Source: Felis catus
Taxonomy: Eukaryota
DNA: 64,000 bases
NCBI RefSeq assembly: GCF_018350175.1
Contig: NC_058382.1
Span: forward strand, 56,236,001-56,300,000
Reading direction: 5' to 3'
Shown here: one piece after another, positions 26,381-39,693 of the stretch
How the letters are laid out: each line of letters starts with the position of its first letter
How positions within the stretch are numbered: position 1 is the stretch's first letter
Program-made: the position numbers and the translations under genes
Notes under the pieces: generated by a model
Seen by the model: only the letters and a program-made list of their open reading frames with translations
Database searches by the model: none
Told to the model about the DNA's origin: nothing

Positions 26381-28554
26381 TTAATACAATGTGAATTATA
26401 AGACAGTTGCACAGTAAAAAAAAATGCCCACTGTGGCAAGCTCACCCTTAATTCTAGAAGGGACTACACTTCAGTTATCAAACTCTACACCCTTGGAGTT
26501 CCTTGTTTACTTTGAACACTGTATTTCTTTAAGCGGGGAGGGGGAGTCATTTCTTTCTTCCTGCTATTTTCCCAGGATATGTAAAGTCCTATTCCTAGTG
26601 ATAATGTCTGAAAATGAACATAATCCAAAGGTCCTCACTTTGCAATGTTTGCAGTAAGATTTCGGCATCTTAGCATTTAAGTGTTTTCAGATTACATCCA
26701 TTTAAACATCTGTGATTCATTATCGTAAATATCACAGTTGTGTGGGACCATATGTTTCGGCTTGCAGCATATATATATATAAAGAAAAAGCACTAGCAAT
26801 AAATTTCAGGAACCTTAGACTTGCCGTGGGTATGTGCAAAAAGAACATTTTCAGACACGTGGGGCCTTCTATAATCACAGCAATATACTTGAGATCCCAT
26901 ATAAGAATCCTTCAATTGCAAAAGTTGCCAGTTTTGATGGAAAGCTATGATTTACATTTGGCTCATGCTCATCCCATGATAATTCAGGTAGGGTGGGAAG
27001 CGGAACAAAGGCCTTTAGACGCAGTGGCTTTGACTTCCTTAGGAAATGAACATGGGCTATTGTTGAGTGAAGAAATCACAAGAAAATGGGACACCTTTAA
27101 CAAGTGATGAGCCGCTCTTGGCAGGCATCCTCCTCCATTCCCACGAGGCTGAAGCTAGAGACGATGCCATATGGCATAAGGGATGCAATGAAAATCTCTT
27201 GGCAACTGGAGGATGAATAGACATGACCTACAGGGATGATCATTTTCTTGCTTACATCAGAAAGCCATATATGCATACAAGAATTAATTGTGCTTCATGT
27301 ATTGTAAGCCAGATCATCTTATTTTAACTTCCTGATAAGGTTTTGTCAACTAGACAGAACCAATTTGTTATCACAGCTGGCGAGCGTCTCACCCACCACA
27401 ATTCGGGAAGAAGCTGAATGAATTAATTGGTTGCGACCAAAGAGTCGGCTAATATTTCTGATTGCCAGCTCTTGCCAGGATTAGCACTGAGCAGAGCCAG
27501 AAGGATAACCTGTAAGAGGCTTGTGCCCTGAAAGTACTCCCAGGTTACCAAAAGATAGGTCAGGAGAAAATTATGAAGGTGTAGAAAGCAGTGTTCCACA
27601 CTCTATGGAAGTTTGATTGGCATAGCTGCTGGTTATTATCAAGCCACCGACCTTGTCAATATTGAGCCTGTTCTTTAGGAGGGATTGTTGCCTCAGGTAG
27701 TGTACTTGGGCTCCCAAGCAATACTCTATCTTCAGGAAATGTTCCTAAACCCTCTCTGGAATGTAGGTGGCATAAGGCCATCTCCGTGCAGAAGCATTCT
27801 TGGTATCCACAGGGAATGAAGGATGGGTTGTTCAAAATGCCTCAGGATGTTTTACACAGAAGATACTCATCCATGCACTGTCTACAGATTCTTTATGAGT
27901 TTTAGGAAAATCAAACCATACTTAAGATCATGGATCAAAATGCCATGCTCCTTTTGTCCTCCACCCCCATGATGTTTTGTTTGCTGTGATCTCGGAATCT
28001 GTGATGGCTTTGTAGTGCAATAGCAGGATGTTGGTCTGCAGAAAGTCCAGATCTCAATAGTTCTTCGATAAAAGTTTCAGATAGATCACTGATAGCAAAT
28101 TCCACAGTAAGCTTTTCTCCCAGCCTTTAAAAGCTCTTGAATACTTCTAGATGTTCTGGGGCTGCATAATGATCTGGAGGGGCCTCATTCATGCATTTTC
28201 CTTGCCCTTCTTCAGATTGTGTTTCCTAAATTTTGACCTACAGAAACTTCTAGCTTCTGCTGTATGGGTTTTATGGGTTTTTCCCTGATGAATCTAATCG
28301 CTTACTTCAAGATTGCACTCAACTCTGTCTTTGACACCTCTTTCAGCTCTAGACAGACTGTCTAACTTCTGTTAAGCCATATGCTCCTAGGCTGTAGAAT
28401 AACTTCTAACACTTACTTTGGGTTCTCCCATTCCTGGAACAATCCACCCGCTGTATCTTCTCCCAGAACCTGGGACAGGACTCTGCAATAGATGTAAAAA
28501 AGCCAAGCTCAAGCCCTGCTACTTACAGATGTGTGACCTAAAGAAATTTGCTTT

Positions 28555-28770
28555 GGGGTCTCTGGGTGGCTCCGTCAGTTAAGCATCTGACTTTGGCTCA
28601 GGCCATGATCTCGTGGTTTGTGAGTTTGAGCCCCGTGTCGGGCTCTGTGGTGACAGTGCAGAGCCTGCTTCAGATCCTCTGTCCCCCTCTCTCTCTGCCC
28701 CTCCCCTGCTCATTCTCTCTCTCTCTCTCTCTCATGCATGTACTATGTCAAAAATAAACATTTAGAAAAG
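28555..28770 (+). mobile_element. Can-SINE inserted in a MIR
   Basis: TSD aagaaatt(t/a)gctt at 28541-28553 and 28771-28783; MIR continues cttaatctctctgggcttcaatttcctcatct. Confidence 0.9.
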
Positions 28771-29330
28771 AAGAAATTAGCTTAATCTCTCTGGGCTTCA
28801 ATTTCCTCATCTCTATGATATTATCATCAAAGGACTGTTGAAAGATGAAAGAAATATTTGTCAATGGTTAGTGCACTGCCTGACATTTAGAAAATGTTCT
28901 GCAAGGAACTATATATAGAAGATAGCTGTATATCTATCTATTTACAGAAGTATATGTAACTATATACAGAAGTATATCTGTATATAGGTATATATCTAAC
29001 CGTATGTAGAAGACATCTTCTATAGAAGATAGATGTCAAACCTAAAAAATCAGCACCATTATGGTTTTGTAGGGTGCCTTGAAGATATAGGGAAAGGCTT
29101 CAGGTGATTGTTAATGCCTGCTCATATGAGCTAACACTCATTTAACTTGGATACTATTGACATTTATGTGCACTAAACTAGTTTAGAACTGGAGTGAATG
29201 TTGTCTTGCTAGAATCCTCAGCGAGTCTGACGTTATTACAGATTTTTGATACCCAGCCAATTTGCCCATTTTCTTGGATCAAGTAGGTTGGGAAACTAAC
29301 CCCGTACAGATTGGTTTGTTGATTTTATAT

Positions 29331-29574
29331 AAAGAGAGGCAAACCAAGAAACAGTTATAGACAACTGTCTCCTAATTATAGACAACAAACTGATGGTTAC
29401 CAGAATGGAGATGGGTAGGGGGATGGGTTAAATAGGTGATAGGGATGAAGGGGTACACTTGTTGTGATGAGCACTGGCCATTGTATGGAAGTGTTGAATC
29501 ACTACATTGTACCCTTGAAACAAATACTGTATTGTATGTTAATTAACTGGAATTTAAATAAAAACTTAAAAAAA
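29331..29574 (+). mobile_element. Carnivore L1 3' terminal fragment (5'-truncated)
   Basis: aacaaactgatggttaccaga…gtgatgagcactg…tgtatggaagtgttgaatcacta…aatttaaataaaaacttaaaaaa. Confidence 0.85.
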
Positions 29575-32500
29575 CAAACTTAACATTTACTTCTCCCAAA
29601 ACCCACCTTCCTCTTCCCCATTTGAACATTTAGAGATCATTGTTTACTGAGCACTGCTTCAGATGATAGATTATAAGGTCTTTAGGAGATGGGACTGTGT
29701 CTTCTTATACATTTCTTTTAATACTTGTAAATCAGAATCTGATTCAATTCACATTCCCTGAAGACTCATTTTGCAGGACTTTTGTTTGTTTGCTCATCTT
29801 GAACATTTTTATTTATTTCCAAATGTTGGATTACCACTGCTACACTCCTACCTGCTTTCATCTCCAAGTCCCCCTAATCCTTTCTGAAACCTTCCATGGT
29901 AGTGTAGTAAAAGACCAGTTGATCATTCCACCTAGAGTTCTAGGAAAGAGGTTGGGTCAAAGCTAAAGGCCCTTTAGATCCACGATGCTGTCTTGGTAAA
30001 TTGATGGTGTGACGTCAAGGTTATAATTAGATCTTCAAACTCTCATAGTCAATTAAAATATGTGCCTATGTTGATTTGTATACTTTCACTATTTGTGTTA
30101 TGTATTAGTATAAATATTTACCTGAAAAGCTATAATTCATCGCTTCACATGTTTCTAATGTGTTGCTGCATTCTTAAACACAATTTTATTATGGCTTAAG
30201 GCCAAAGCATTGTTTAGAAGAACACATCCAATTTTATAATAAAACATAGGGAAAATATACAGGAATTTGCTTTCTAAGCAATTTTTAGAGAACACATCTC
30301 CTTCATAAAGTGAGAAATACTCGTTGATAATCCCTCATCTTGGATGCTTTCTGATAATGATGAGCATGCTCATTAGTTGACTTTCTCTTGCTGCTGGGAA
30401 TAAGTTATTATGTGGACCTATGATTTGTTTGCTTATAATTTCTACCCTGTGGTGCTTGTTTGGCCTTTTGATACAATGAAGAAATGGAATGTTCATCTTT
30501 CAACAGGGCAACCCTCCAGATCTTCTAGACACTGAATATCAGGAAGGCAGATAATCTAGCGTATTCATCTTTATGTTAGCATTTATCCCTTACTGCCTAC
30601 TATCCTGAACACTGTAAGTGGAAAAAATATATTTTTAATGGGTTGCTAGATTAAAATGTTGAGATTTAGAATAATAGAATCTCCCAATTGTAAGAGACAT
30701 CATCCAACACCAGAATCTCTTCCATACCGTTCCTGCTGAATAGCCATTTAGGCTCTACTTGAAAGCATCTAGAAACAAGCAAATTATTTCATCCAGAAAT
30801 ACTGGTCCTTCCAAATGGTAATCTGAATTTCTTCAGGCTTTTCTAGTATTTGAACAATAAGGAGTTCATGCAAATAACAATATTTGCACTATACATTCTT
30901 GTAGCCACCACCTGCACAATTGTAACACCTCACCTTACCCCCTCCCCTGGCCATCATTGAGATGATTTCTGAAAGACCTTACCCAAACTCATAAATTATT
31001 CTCCCATGACCCCTCCTTCTGGCCTCTTTGTTGCTTAACGTACCTGAAAAGCTCTTGAAGGAAGAGTGTCCTCACCGCTCTTTGTGAGAAGGCTGCTTCT
31101 CAAAGTCCATCTCTTGGATCGTCAAAGCCATGAACCCCCAAGATGCCAGGAGACCCAAATGTACTATAGCCTTCATTGTACGAGAGCAAAGTGAAGGTGT
31201 ACTCCATTCAGAAATGGGGCCAAGCCACCATTCACCATCGCTGTTTATAGGGAACCAGGCTAACAGAGCTTGAGATTACCTAAATTGCCTGTTTGTGCAT
31301 CTTTAAGCTTGTATATATAGCTTATGCCTTTCTTAAACTACAAACCCGTGGGGCTAGACTAGGAAGCCAATTTTGAGTTCTGTCTATCCTTCTGTTTCTG
31401 CCTCTCTCTAAGTGCCCACATAGAAGTTGTCCTCCTTACAGGTCCCTTCCTCGTTATGTAGATCTGCCCACGCAGTTGACAGGTACTTGGGAAATCACGG
31501 GTCTGATTGCATCAGACATGATCAGGATCTGAATCATGATTTAGGCTCGGACAAGACACTCTGCCACATGTCCCCAGACAACTCCCACTGCAAGGCCAAA
31601 AATCTGGAATGTTGCTGTGGACCAAGTCTCTCTTATCATTAACAGAAATACGGAGGGAGGCACATTTGCACATAATTACTAGATAGCTCAGAAACTAAAG
31701 GCTATGTAAGAGACATGTGCTAGTCCTATGGAAATCAGTGAGATGGAATCTCTGTAAATATGAGACTTGGTGATTCTCAAACCTGCTGAGTCTGTGATTA
31801 ATATTTCGCTGATCGGGTGACTTTGAATCGACTTCCTCAAATCTTCATGAGTTTGGGCCATCATTCTCAGTTTTGTTTGGGGAGTTTCAAATTTGCTTAG
31901 CTGTCAGGTTGCAGTTCTGCTGTTTATTCATTCAATGAACAGGGTTGAGTGTATATTGTGTCAGGCACTATGCCATATAAAGTAATTCCAATTTGAAATA
32001 CAAATTCATAGTGATTATAAGTACCGTGGGATAGACGATGCACCATATTCTTTCAGAAAACAATCTGCCATGTTTTAAAGAATCTGTAACAGGAGGAAAT
32101 GTAACCCTGACAGAAAAGACTGGTTTGAGAGCTAGCAGCTCAGTTTTTAGTGGTAGGCAGAAAATGCCCTGAAAGCAGATGTGGGCCCTGTCTTGTTCCA
32201 AGAGGAAACCCTTAAGGGTTTACATGGCAAAAATAGGTTTCTGCAGAAGATCACTTGACAAGATCATTCATTATGGTATCTTTGCCTCGATAGAATTGAA
32301 ACTCTATTTTATCAAAGTTGGAATCAAAACATAAGATGATATTAAGACTGTGCATTCTGCACCCATCAAAGCTACAAAGACTTTGCAGGTGAAATGTATT
32401 CCAGAGCTAATCAGTCATGGGTAAGAACATGCCCACAACCTTATAGAAGCTATGCACATGTCAGTCCTGATTCCAGGCCAACAGTGGAGTACAGGATACA

Positions 32501-33033
32501 ATTAAATGTGTTCAGGAATCAGGAGGGTAGAATGAATGAAGGCTGGGGGAGGTGCCTATTGTATCATCTAGGGATCTGGCCCAATGTGGGTAGGACTGAA
32601 CATATGTTAATGAAAGTTAGATTGGCTAGAACATTTGAGAAATGAAGGAGTTCAGGGAAACCGTAGGAAATGCTTTCTGTTTCTCTCAGTTGGGCAAGTC
32701 CATAGAGCCTCTGGACTAAGCCTTATGAGCTCTTTTAAAGGAAGTTGGTACCTCTGGATGCCAGTGGGATCCTGAGGGATGTGAAAAGCAATTAGTCTTG
32801 CTCTGTATCCTGGGGAGAGTCCATCTGATGTTTCTGAATTAAGTGCTACTTCAGTTGTCAGAAAGGCACGGCTTTCCGTGTCCAGGCAAGGACTAGCAAA
32901 TGAACAAATATGCAGACCTTGCTACTGGAACAACTGGATTCTGTTTTACTAATGAGGCCAGGGGTACTGGGATATCTGGTATAAGGGAGAGTAAACAATT
33001 TACGTTCTACTGGACAGAGTCATTGCCTGGTGT

Positions 33034-33211
33034 CAGTGGTGTGCTGGAACCAGCTGATACTTGCACTCCTAAGAGCTGGTTAAGTTTCTAGAAAATCTGC
33101 AAGCCAACTGAAGGCACATTGGTAGCTGAAATCAGCCATATTTAGAATATTTACACCACAGACATTGGCAAATGCTATGCATCAGGACTTTTCCCCTCAC
33201 CAGCATAACTG
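33034..33211. mobile_element. MER63A-like hAT-Blackjack MITE
   Basis: Terminal inverted repeats cagtggtgtgctgg / ccagcataactg; internal ttggtagctgaaatcagcca…tatttacaccac. Confidence 0.75.
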
Positions 33212-34302
33212 CTAAAACAAAGCCACTCCCTTCTGTGTGCGACTAGAGATGGCTAGAAGCAGATTATCTGTAGACCCAATCGTATCTCTCTGTGGGGGAG
33301 ATTCCTTCAGCTCCTAGGAAGACCCATTCAAAGCCCACGGGCCCACTGATCCACACACACATCCTCACTCAACCAGACAAGTAGTCTGACCACCAACTTT
33401 AAGAGGTACACATACCACTCACGTGCAGACCAATTTTCAAGTCTCTACAAATGTATACATGTATTTAGGACCATTTTCCCATTGAAGATGTGAGTGTACA
33501 GATCATAGACTGACCCCAAAACACTTATAAGAGTAGGACAAATTCCATATTTTAGTACATACCTATCTACATGAGCAGGACTGATCTATATTTTGCAGAT
33601 AAATTTAAATCCATTTGCATTTTCATATTTCCTGGGATCATAATACAGCTTAATTTGCTTGCTCACACATTTCAAGATGGTAAGAAATCTATGCCTTTTG
33701 GATTTTCATCCTCAAGAACCACATTCAAAAGAAAGAAATAAAAAAGCATAAAATCAAGGTCAGGAAGATTAAGCCCCTTAATTCACGTGCCAAACTTCCC
33801 ATTTCAATTGTGGTTTTGTCTCCCAGCTTAAGTTTGTCTTTTTGTGACATTTGCATTAAGCCCAGAGGACTTTTTGAGTGGAAACATGCTGAAAGCATAA
33901 TTGAAACTCTGAGTGGTGCCATTTGTCTCATTTGCATTTTTCCCCCAGGTGGGGAGTTTTCACATCCCCCTTTCTTCTCCTGGGGTGTTCAAAGATTATC
34001 GCAAAGAATGATGTTGTGCAATTGATTCCAATAAATCCCCATGTACAGTATATTATATGTATATTTTTTTCTTTCCAGAAGCTATTTTAAATGCCACAGT
34101 GATAAACTATGTAAGGAAGTCCTTTGTAGGTTCATATTAGCACAGAGAGTTTATTTTCCCCCTCAGATAGAGATTTTGAGTATTTGTTCACAAGTTTAAT
34201 TGTTTATTAGAATGTTTGCTTTCAATTATTTTCATGGTGTCATTCCAAGCTCTTTAGGAGGATGTTTCTGTAGAAACACATCAAAAACAAAAATAGATAG
34301 AT

Positions 34303-34449
34303 GGGGCGCCTGGGTGGCTCGATCAGTTAAGTGTCCTGACTTGTCTCATGGTCAGTGGTTTCGAGCCCGGCATCAGGCTCTGTGCTGATAGCTCAAAGGC
34401 TGGAGCTGGCTTCGGATTCTATGTCTCCCTCTCTCTCTGCCCCTCCCCT

Positions 34450-34494
<45 letters not shown>

Positions 34495-34534
34495 ATAAAT
34501 AAATAAATAAATAAACAAACAAACTTAAAAAAAA
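34303..34534 (+). mobile_element. Can-SINE with long (CT)n and (AAAT)n tail
   Basis: ggggcgcctgggtggctc head; pure (CT)n at ~34451-34490. Confidence 0.92.
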
Positions 34535-34616
34535 CTATTCAGTTTTACCCTTAATATGTTTTTTGAACTCTGTGTCCCCAAACATGCACTGACTCAATCT
34601 CTATGAAAAAGTTTGA

Positions 34617-34840
34617 GGGGCTCCTAGGTGGCTTAGTCAGTTAAACATCTGACTCTTGGTTTTGGGTCAGGTCATGATCTCATGGTTTTGAGAGATCATG
34701 GGTTTGAGCCCCATGTTGGGCTCTGCACTAACAGTGCAGAGCCCGCTTGGTATTCTCTCTCTCCCTCTCTACCTTTCTCCTGCTCATGCTGTCTCTGCCT
34801 CTCTCAAAAATAAATAAATAAAACCTTAAAAATTTTTGTT
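34617..34840 (+). mobile_element. Can-SINE
   Basis: TSD aaaaagtttga at 34606-34616 and 34841-34851. Confidence 0.92.
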
Positions 34841-36514
34841 AAAAAGTTTGAGAATCACTGGTATCTTGGTTGTGTCAGCAAAGTTAAAAAGACAACGATG
34901 CAGGGCTGAGGCTATCAGTTGCACCCTTTAATAGGGATTTTAAGGTGAGTGTGTAATCAGTGGGGCAGTAGAGTCTGTTTTTCTAGGAGGAAGAAGAAAA
35001 AAAAGTGTGGTGAACTTTTTTCTTTTTATAAAGTATTCCTCATGTATTTCAAATCTGCCATTTACCTATGGCCAGAGTTGCTGTCATTGGCGAAGTCTAG
35101 ATCTGTGCCTTTTCTAAGGTTTGCATCTCTCTCAAATCTGCATTATTTATGTTAGATATATTCTTTCAACTATCAGAGGGCCTTCTGGATTATATCCAAT
35201 AATCATATGGAGTTATATCAGATCCCTTGTAGATGATAAGCTTGAGTAGGGCGGGGCCAGGCGTGAGTTTGTCTAAACGAGGGATGTGCACAGAGGCATG
35301 GAGCCCTGGCCAGCATTTCGGGAGGGCTCTAGTGGCTGCAAAGACAAACGCATGTTTTCATTTGACTCCTTAGATTTCAGTTAACATTATTAGAAAGCAG
35401 GACATCTCGCACATCCAGCAGATTTTATAAATGTTACCTTCAAATAATTTTGTAAGGATAAATAAAGTGAGACACGTAGAAGAAAAATATTAGTTGAATA
35501 ATAGATCATCTGTGAAAATATGGCAGAACCATGAGGCTGGGAGCCTTGAAGGAAGGGGTATATTTGCCGTGGCAGACTAGCAGAGACTAACTGTGTGGCC
35601 TTAACCTCATTCAACCTCCCCAAGTCTCAGTTTCTAGAGAGGAAGAAAAAATTACCTACCTTGCACTGGTAATGTAAGGATTCAGTGCAGTCATGAATGT
35701 GAATCTCTCAGTGTAGTGTCATGCTTTTAGGACAAATAATGCCTTAGATTGGTAGGAAGTTATCTGTACAAACAATCTATTTAAAGGATATTTAACGAAA
35801 CTCTGTTGAGTCTGCTGTGGGTGGGGCCTGTAATTTTATTCCTTTGATGTCATCTTTTCCTTCACAACCTCTCACGTGAGAGAGGTTGGGCTTTGCCAAG
35901 AAAAGTAGGAGGATTCAAAGATGGGCAAGTCTGGATCAGAATCATCTGCCTCACTCCCTTGGCCCCAGCAGAGGTGCCTATAGTAACTATCTCCATGGTA
36001 ACCACACTCGGCCCAGCAGGCCAGAGCATAGGTACCTGACTAGAAAGAGATGGAAAGACCCAGGAGGCAGGTGGAAAACCAGCTGGCAGCAGGAAGCTGT
36101 GCAGGAAAAAGGAAAAAGTAGCTTCCTTAATGCCCACGATTACAGGAGTAATGATGGAGTAATGATAATTCTTATTCATGGAACACTATTCTAACTGTCA
36201 TGTAGGTATATATGATCATGTTGTATGCACACCATAAGAATTACAGTACCTGTGAGGGAGGTACTGTTATGTCCCACTTTATAGATGAAGTCATTGAGGT
36301 GCAAAGAAGATAGGTGGTCCACCCAAGGTCACAGGGCTGCTACACATGAACCAGGATTGGAAAAGGGCTTAGATAGCTACTGTTAAAACTGCCCTTTCTT
36401 AAGGCAAGGGAATAGCAGTTCCTGGCATGCTAGGTCCCCAACCTCCTCTCTGTGCCAAGGATGGCTGGGAAATGTGGAAACCTGGCATCTTGACAGGAAG
36501 TCCATTGTCTGAGG

Positions 36515-36695
36515 CCCTGGTTCTTGGCCCCAGCTGCATTAGATTCATCTGGAGAGCTTGAAAGAGATACTAGTGCCCTGTCCCCAGACCAGTTGAGTTA
36601 TACCAGAATCTTGGTTGGGAGTTGAGAAGATATTGCTATTTTTTTTTTTAATGTTCCACAGGTGATTCTCATAGCCTGGAAAAAGAACCACAATC
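36515..36695. mobile_element. MER5-family MITE
   Basis: gctgcattagattcatctggagagctt…ccacaggtgattct…agaaccac. Confidence 0.65.
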
Positions 36696-37102
36696 TAAAG
36701 CATCTGCTCCTGAATTGGTAAAGGTATCTAAAACAAACAAGGACCCATTTTGCAATCCTTAGCGATTTGGTAGAGCAAGCTGGGAAGAAGGCTAGACCAT
36801 ATTGGATGCCTGCCATGTGCCAGATCCTGAATGTGGATTTGATCCTTCAGTACACCGCTACCTGGCACTTCTGAGAAGAGTAGAGGGATGAATGAGTGGC
36901 CTTCCGGGGTCAGGATGGGGCAACTGCCCTTTTCCCTCTTATGTATCAATTCCCAGGAAATGGATGTACTGAGAGCTTGAACTGTAGTTGCAGACGGATG
37001 GACTGGGGACAGTTTCCTGCTGTCTCTGAGTGTATGCACTTGATAAAGTTAGTCTCTCTGAGGCTCAGTCTGTTTTCCTGTAAAATGGAAAACGATGCTT
37101 AC

Positions 37103-37349
37103 AGAGTGTACGTTTTCAGTGGGACTATATTGCCCCCAGAGGGGTGGCGTGAGGGATGGGCAAAACATTGCACTTTGTGTGTGTGTGTCTGTGTGTGTGT
37201 GTGTGTGTAAGGCACAGAGGCACATACTGTAAGTAAACAGATATGCAGTATATTGGGGCCATTAAAAGTTCATGACAGTGGTGGCAATTAGGCAAACATT
37301 TCTAAAATTCTGAGGGGGGTACATAGTGAAAAAAAAGTGGAAAATACTG
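37103..37349. mobile_element. MER112-like hAT-Charlie MITE inside a MIR, containing (TG)n
   Basis: tattgcccccagagggg…taaacagatatgcagtatat…attaaaagttcatg…gaaaaaaaagtggaaaatactg. Confidence 0.6.
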
Positions 37350-39224
37350 CTTATTGGTTAGAATTGCTGGGAGACTAAAAGAAGAGACTGAATATAGAGT
37401 CCTTGGCACAGAGCCTGGCGCTCAGATGCCACTCAATAAATGGTAGATGTTGTTACTGTCATTTGTCAAAACATTCATTGAACGTGTGCACACTGATCCT
37501 AGCTTTGGGACTATGTACAGCATCACTGGGATGATGAAGAAAGATAAGGCACCACCTGTGACTTCACCAATGAGCTAAGTCAAAGCCAAACACGGGAGAC
37601 CTAGTGCTCTCATAAAGGGAAGCACACGGGTCTGGGGAACTAAGGGGACAGCATGGACATTCATTTCCTACCTGTCTCCAGTGCTGGGCTCAACCAAGAC
37701 CAGAGGCAACTAGGGACCTTCTTTCTCACTTCCTGCCCTTGCCTGGAGCAGCTCCTGCTCCCAGCATGAAAGAAGTACCACCAGCCCGCCACCACTAGAG
37801 AATCACTTTGCCCCTGGAAAGCAGTTGGATTAAATGTAATCATTATTGATGGCCCCCTGTATGGAAAAGCATTCTGTTCATTGGTGGAAATAGAGTGATG
37901 AATAAAAAAATAAGATTCAGTTTCTGCTCTTGGTTTTGATGAGGAAAAGAGATATATAAAGTGGACATATTGATATAACATGATATAAAAGATCTTGTGT
38001 GCAGGAAAGTCTGGGAACACAAAGAGGGTATTTGGACAAGCGGCCTGAGCTGACTCTTGTAGAATGAGTAAGAGTTAACAGGTTAAAGAAGGCAGGAAGT
38101 AACTTTTGCTCAGAGCCATCAGTATGAGCAAAGGGTTGGGAGAATACAGGTGCACACTGGCACAGGTGTGGGTGATGAGTGAGACACGGCCTGAAGGCAG
38201 AGGCCAGGGGAGAGGCAGCTTAGCCATGAAGGACCTTGACTGCTAGTGTCATTTGGAACGGGGAGCTGTAGTTGTGTGAGACTCAGGTAGAGGCAGGTTG
38301 GTTCTATAGTGTGATAGGAGGGTCCAAAGCTTTCTTCAAGGAATAAGTCTTTATGTGGCCTTCCAGACCCCACATTTCCAGCTTATCTCCACTCTTTCTT
38401 CCTCACTCTCTCCCTTGCTGTCTCTGCACATCTCACTGGTTTATTTACAATTCCCTGAATGCCACTGGACTTTTGCACATGTTGTGGTTCTTTCTGCCTG
38501 AAATAGGTCCCCTATTACTTATAAGGTGTTGAATTCATGTCTGTTTCCCTGATTACACTGAAACTCAGGGACTGTGCCCATCTTTGCTCAACATTATAGC
38601 CCAAGCCTCTAGCATAATATAGGTTCCTAGAAAATATTTGTGGAAGGAAGTGTTGGAGGTGGGAAGGAAGAAAGAAAAGGAAAAACGTAAGGGAAGAGAA
38701 GGGAAGGGGGGAACAGAAAAGCAGAACTAGACCCCGATAAACTTCTGTATGCCTTCCCTCACCCCCAGCCTTCCCCAGAGGAGTCTGTCTTCTTGGGTCC
38801 TGCCCAGGGGACAGGACCAGAACCAGCCAGCATCCCGGCATTCTAGCAGGCCCTGTCATTTGATCAATGTGCCTCCTGTGGATGAATGCTAGTTTATAAT
38901 AACAATGAATGCAACTTTCATGTGTCTCCTTCATAGTTCCCCTCCAAAAACTGAAAGCAGGTAGGCCCAATTAATCTTGGCTACCAAGACAGACGGTCAG
39001 AAGCAGTGAGCAAATGTCTGAGAACTACAGACTCAAAAAGTCTACCTGTGTGTCTGTACAAAGATGTCCCTAAATCTGCCTCGGCAGCCAGAAAATGTGC
39101 TGGAGCCCCGATGCAGAGGGTCCTCGACAGCAGACCGTGCAGCATGCTTCAGGGCTGGGCAGGAACACAGGAGCAGGATTGGACGGGATGCCCACATCCT
39201 TATATTCAAGTTATGATGGGATTT

Positions 39225-39328
39225 TTAAAATTGATTTACATAATCTCTACAGCCCACATGGGGCTCGAACTCATGATCCCTGAGATCAAGAGTCCTATGC
39301 TCTTCCAACTGAGCCAGCCAGGTGCCTC
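39225..39328 (-). mobile_element. Short tRNA-Lys-like Can-SINE (no CT tract)
   Basis: ggggctcgaactcatgatccctgagatcaagagtc…actgagccagccaggtgcc; flanked by gtt(a/c)tgatgggatttt. Confidence 0.85.
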
Positions 39329-39376
39329 AGGTTCTGATGGGATTTTAGGAGGGCTGTATTTTAAAGTTCATTTGTT

Positions 39377-39568
39377 GGGGTGCCTGGGTGGCTCAGTCAG
39401 TTAAGCATCTGCCTTCAGCTCAGGTCACGATCTCATGGTTTGTGAGTTTGAGCCCCCAATGGGCTCTGTTCTGTGTGTGCAGAGCCTGCTTCAGATCCTC
39501 TGTCCCTCCCACTGCTTGCTCTCTCTCTCTCTCTCTCTCAAAAATAAATAACTTAAAAAAAATAAATG
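39377..39568 (+). mobile_element. Can-SINE inserted in the tail of an antisense SINE
   Basis: Diverged TSD aagttcatttgtt / aagtttatttatt (39364-39376, 39569-39581). Confidence 0.88.
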
Positions 39569-39693
39569 AAGTTTATTTATTTATTTGCCAGTGCAGAGCG
39601 TGATGTGGGCCTTGAACCCAGGAACTGTGAGATCATGACCTGAACCAAAATCAAGAGTCAGTTGCTGAACCAACTGAGCCACCCAGGTGCCCC
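39569..39693 (-). mobile_element. Can-SINE (host, CT tract missing)
   Basis: Outer TSD agga(g/a)ggctgtatt at 39347-39360 and 39694-39707 brackets both elements. Confidence 0.85.

Noticed and set aside
26712..27107. 131-aa ORF in unique sequence
   Set aside because: GTG start, no recognisable domain, and a length compatible with chance in 64 kb across six frames.
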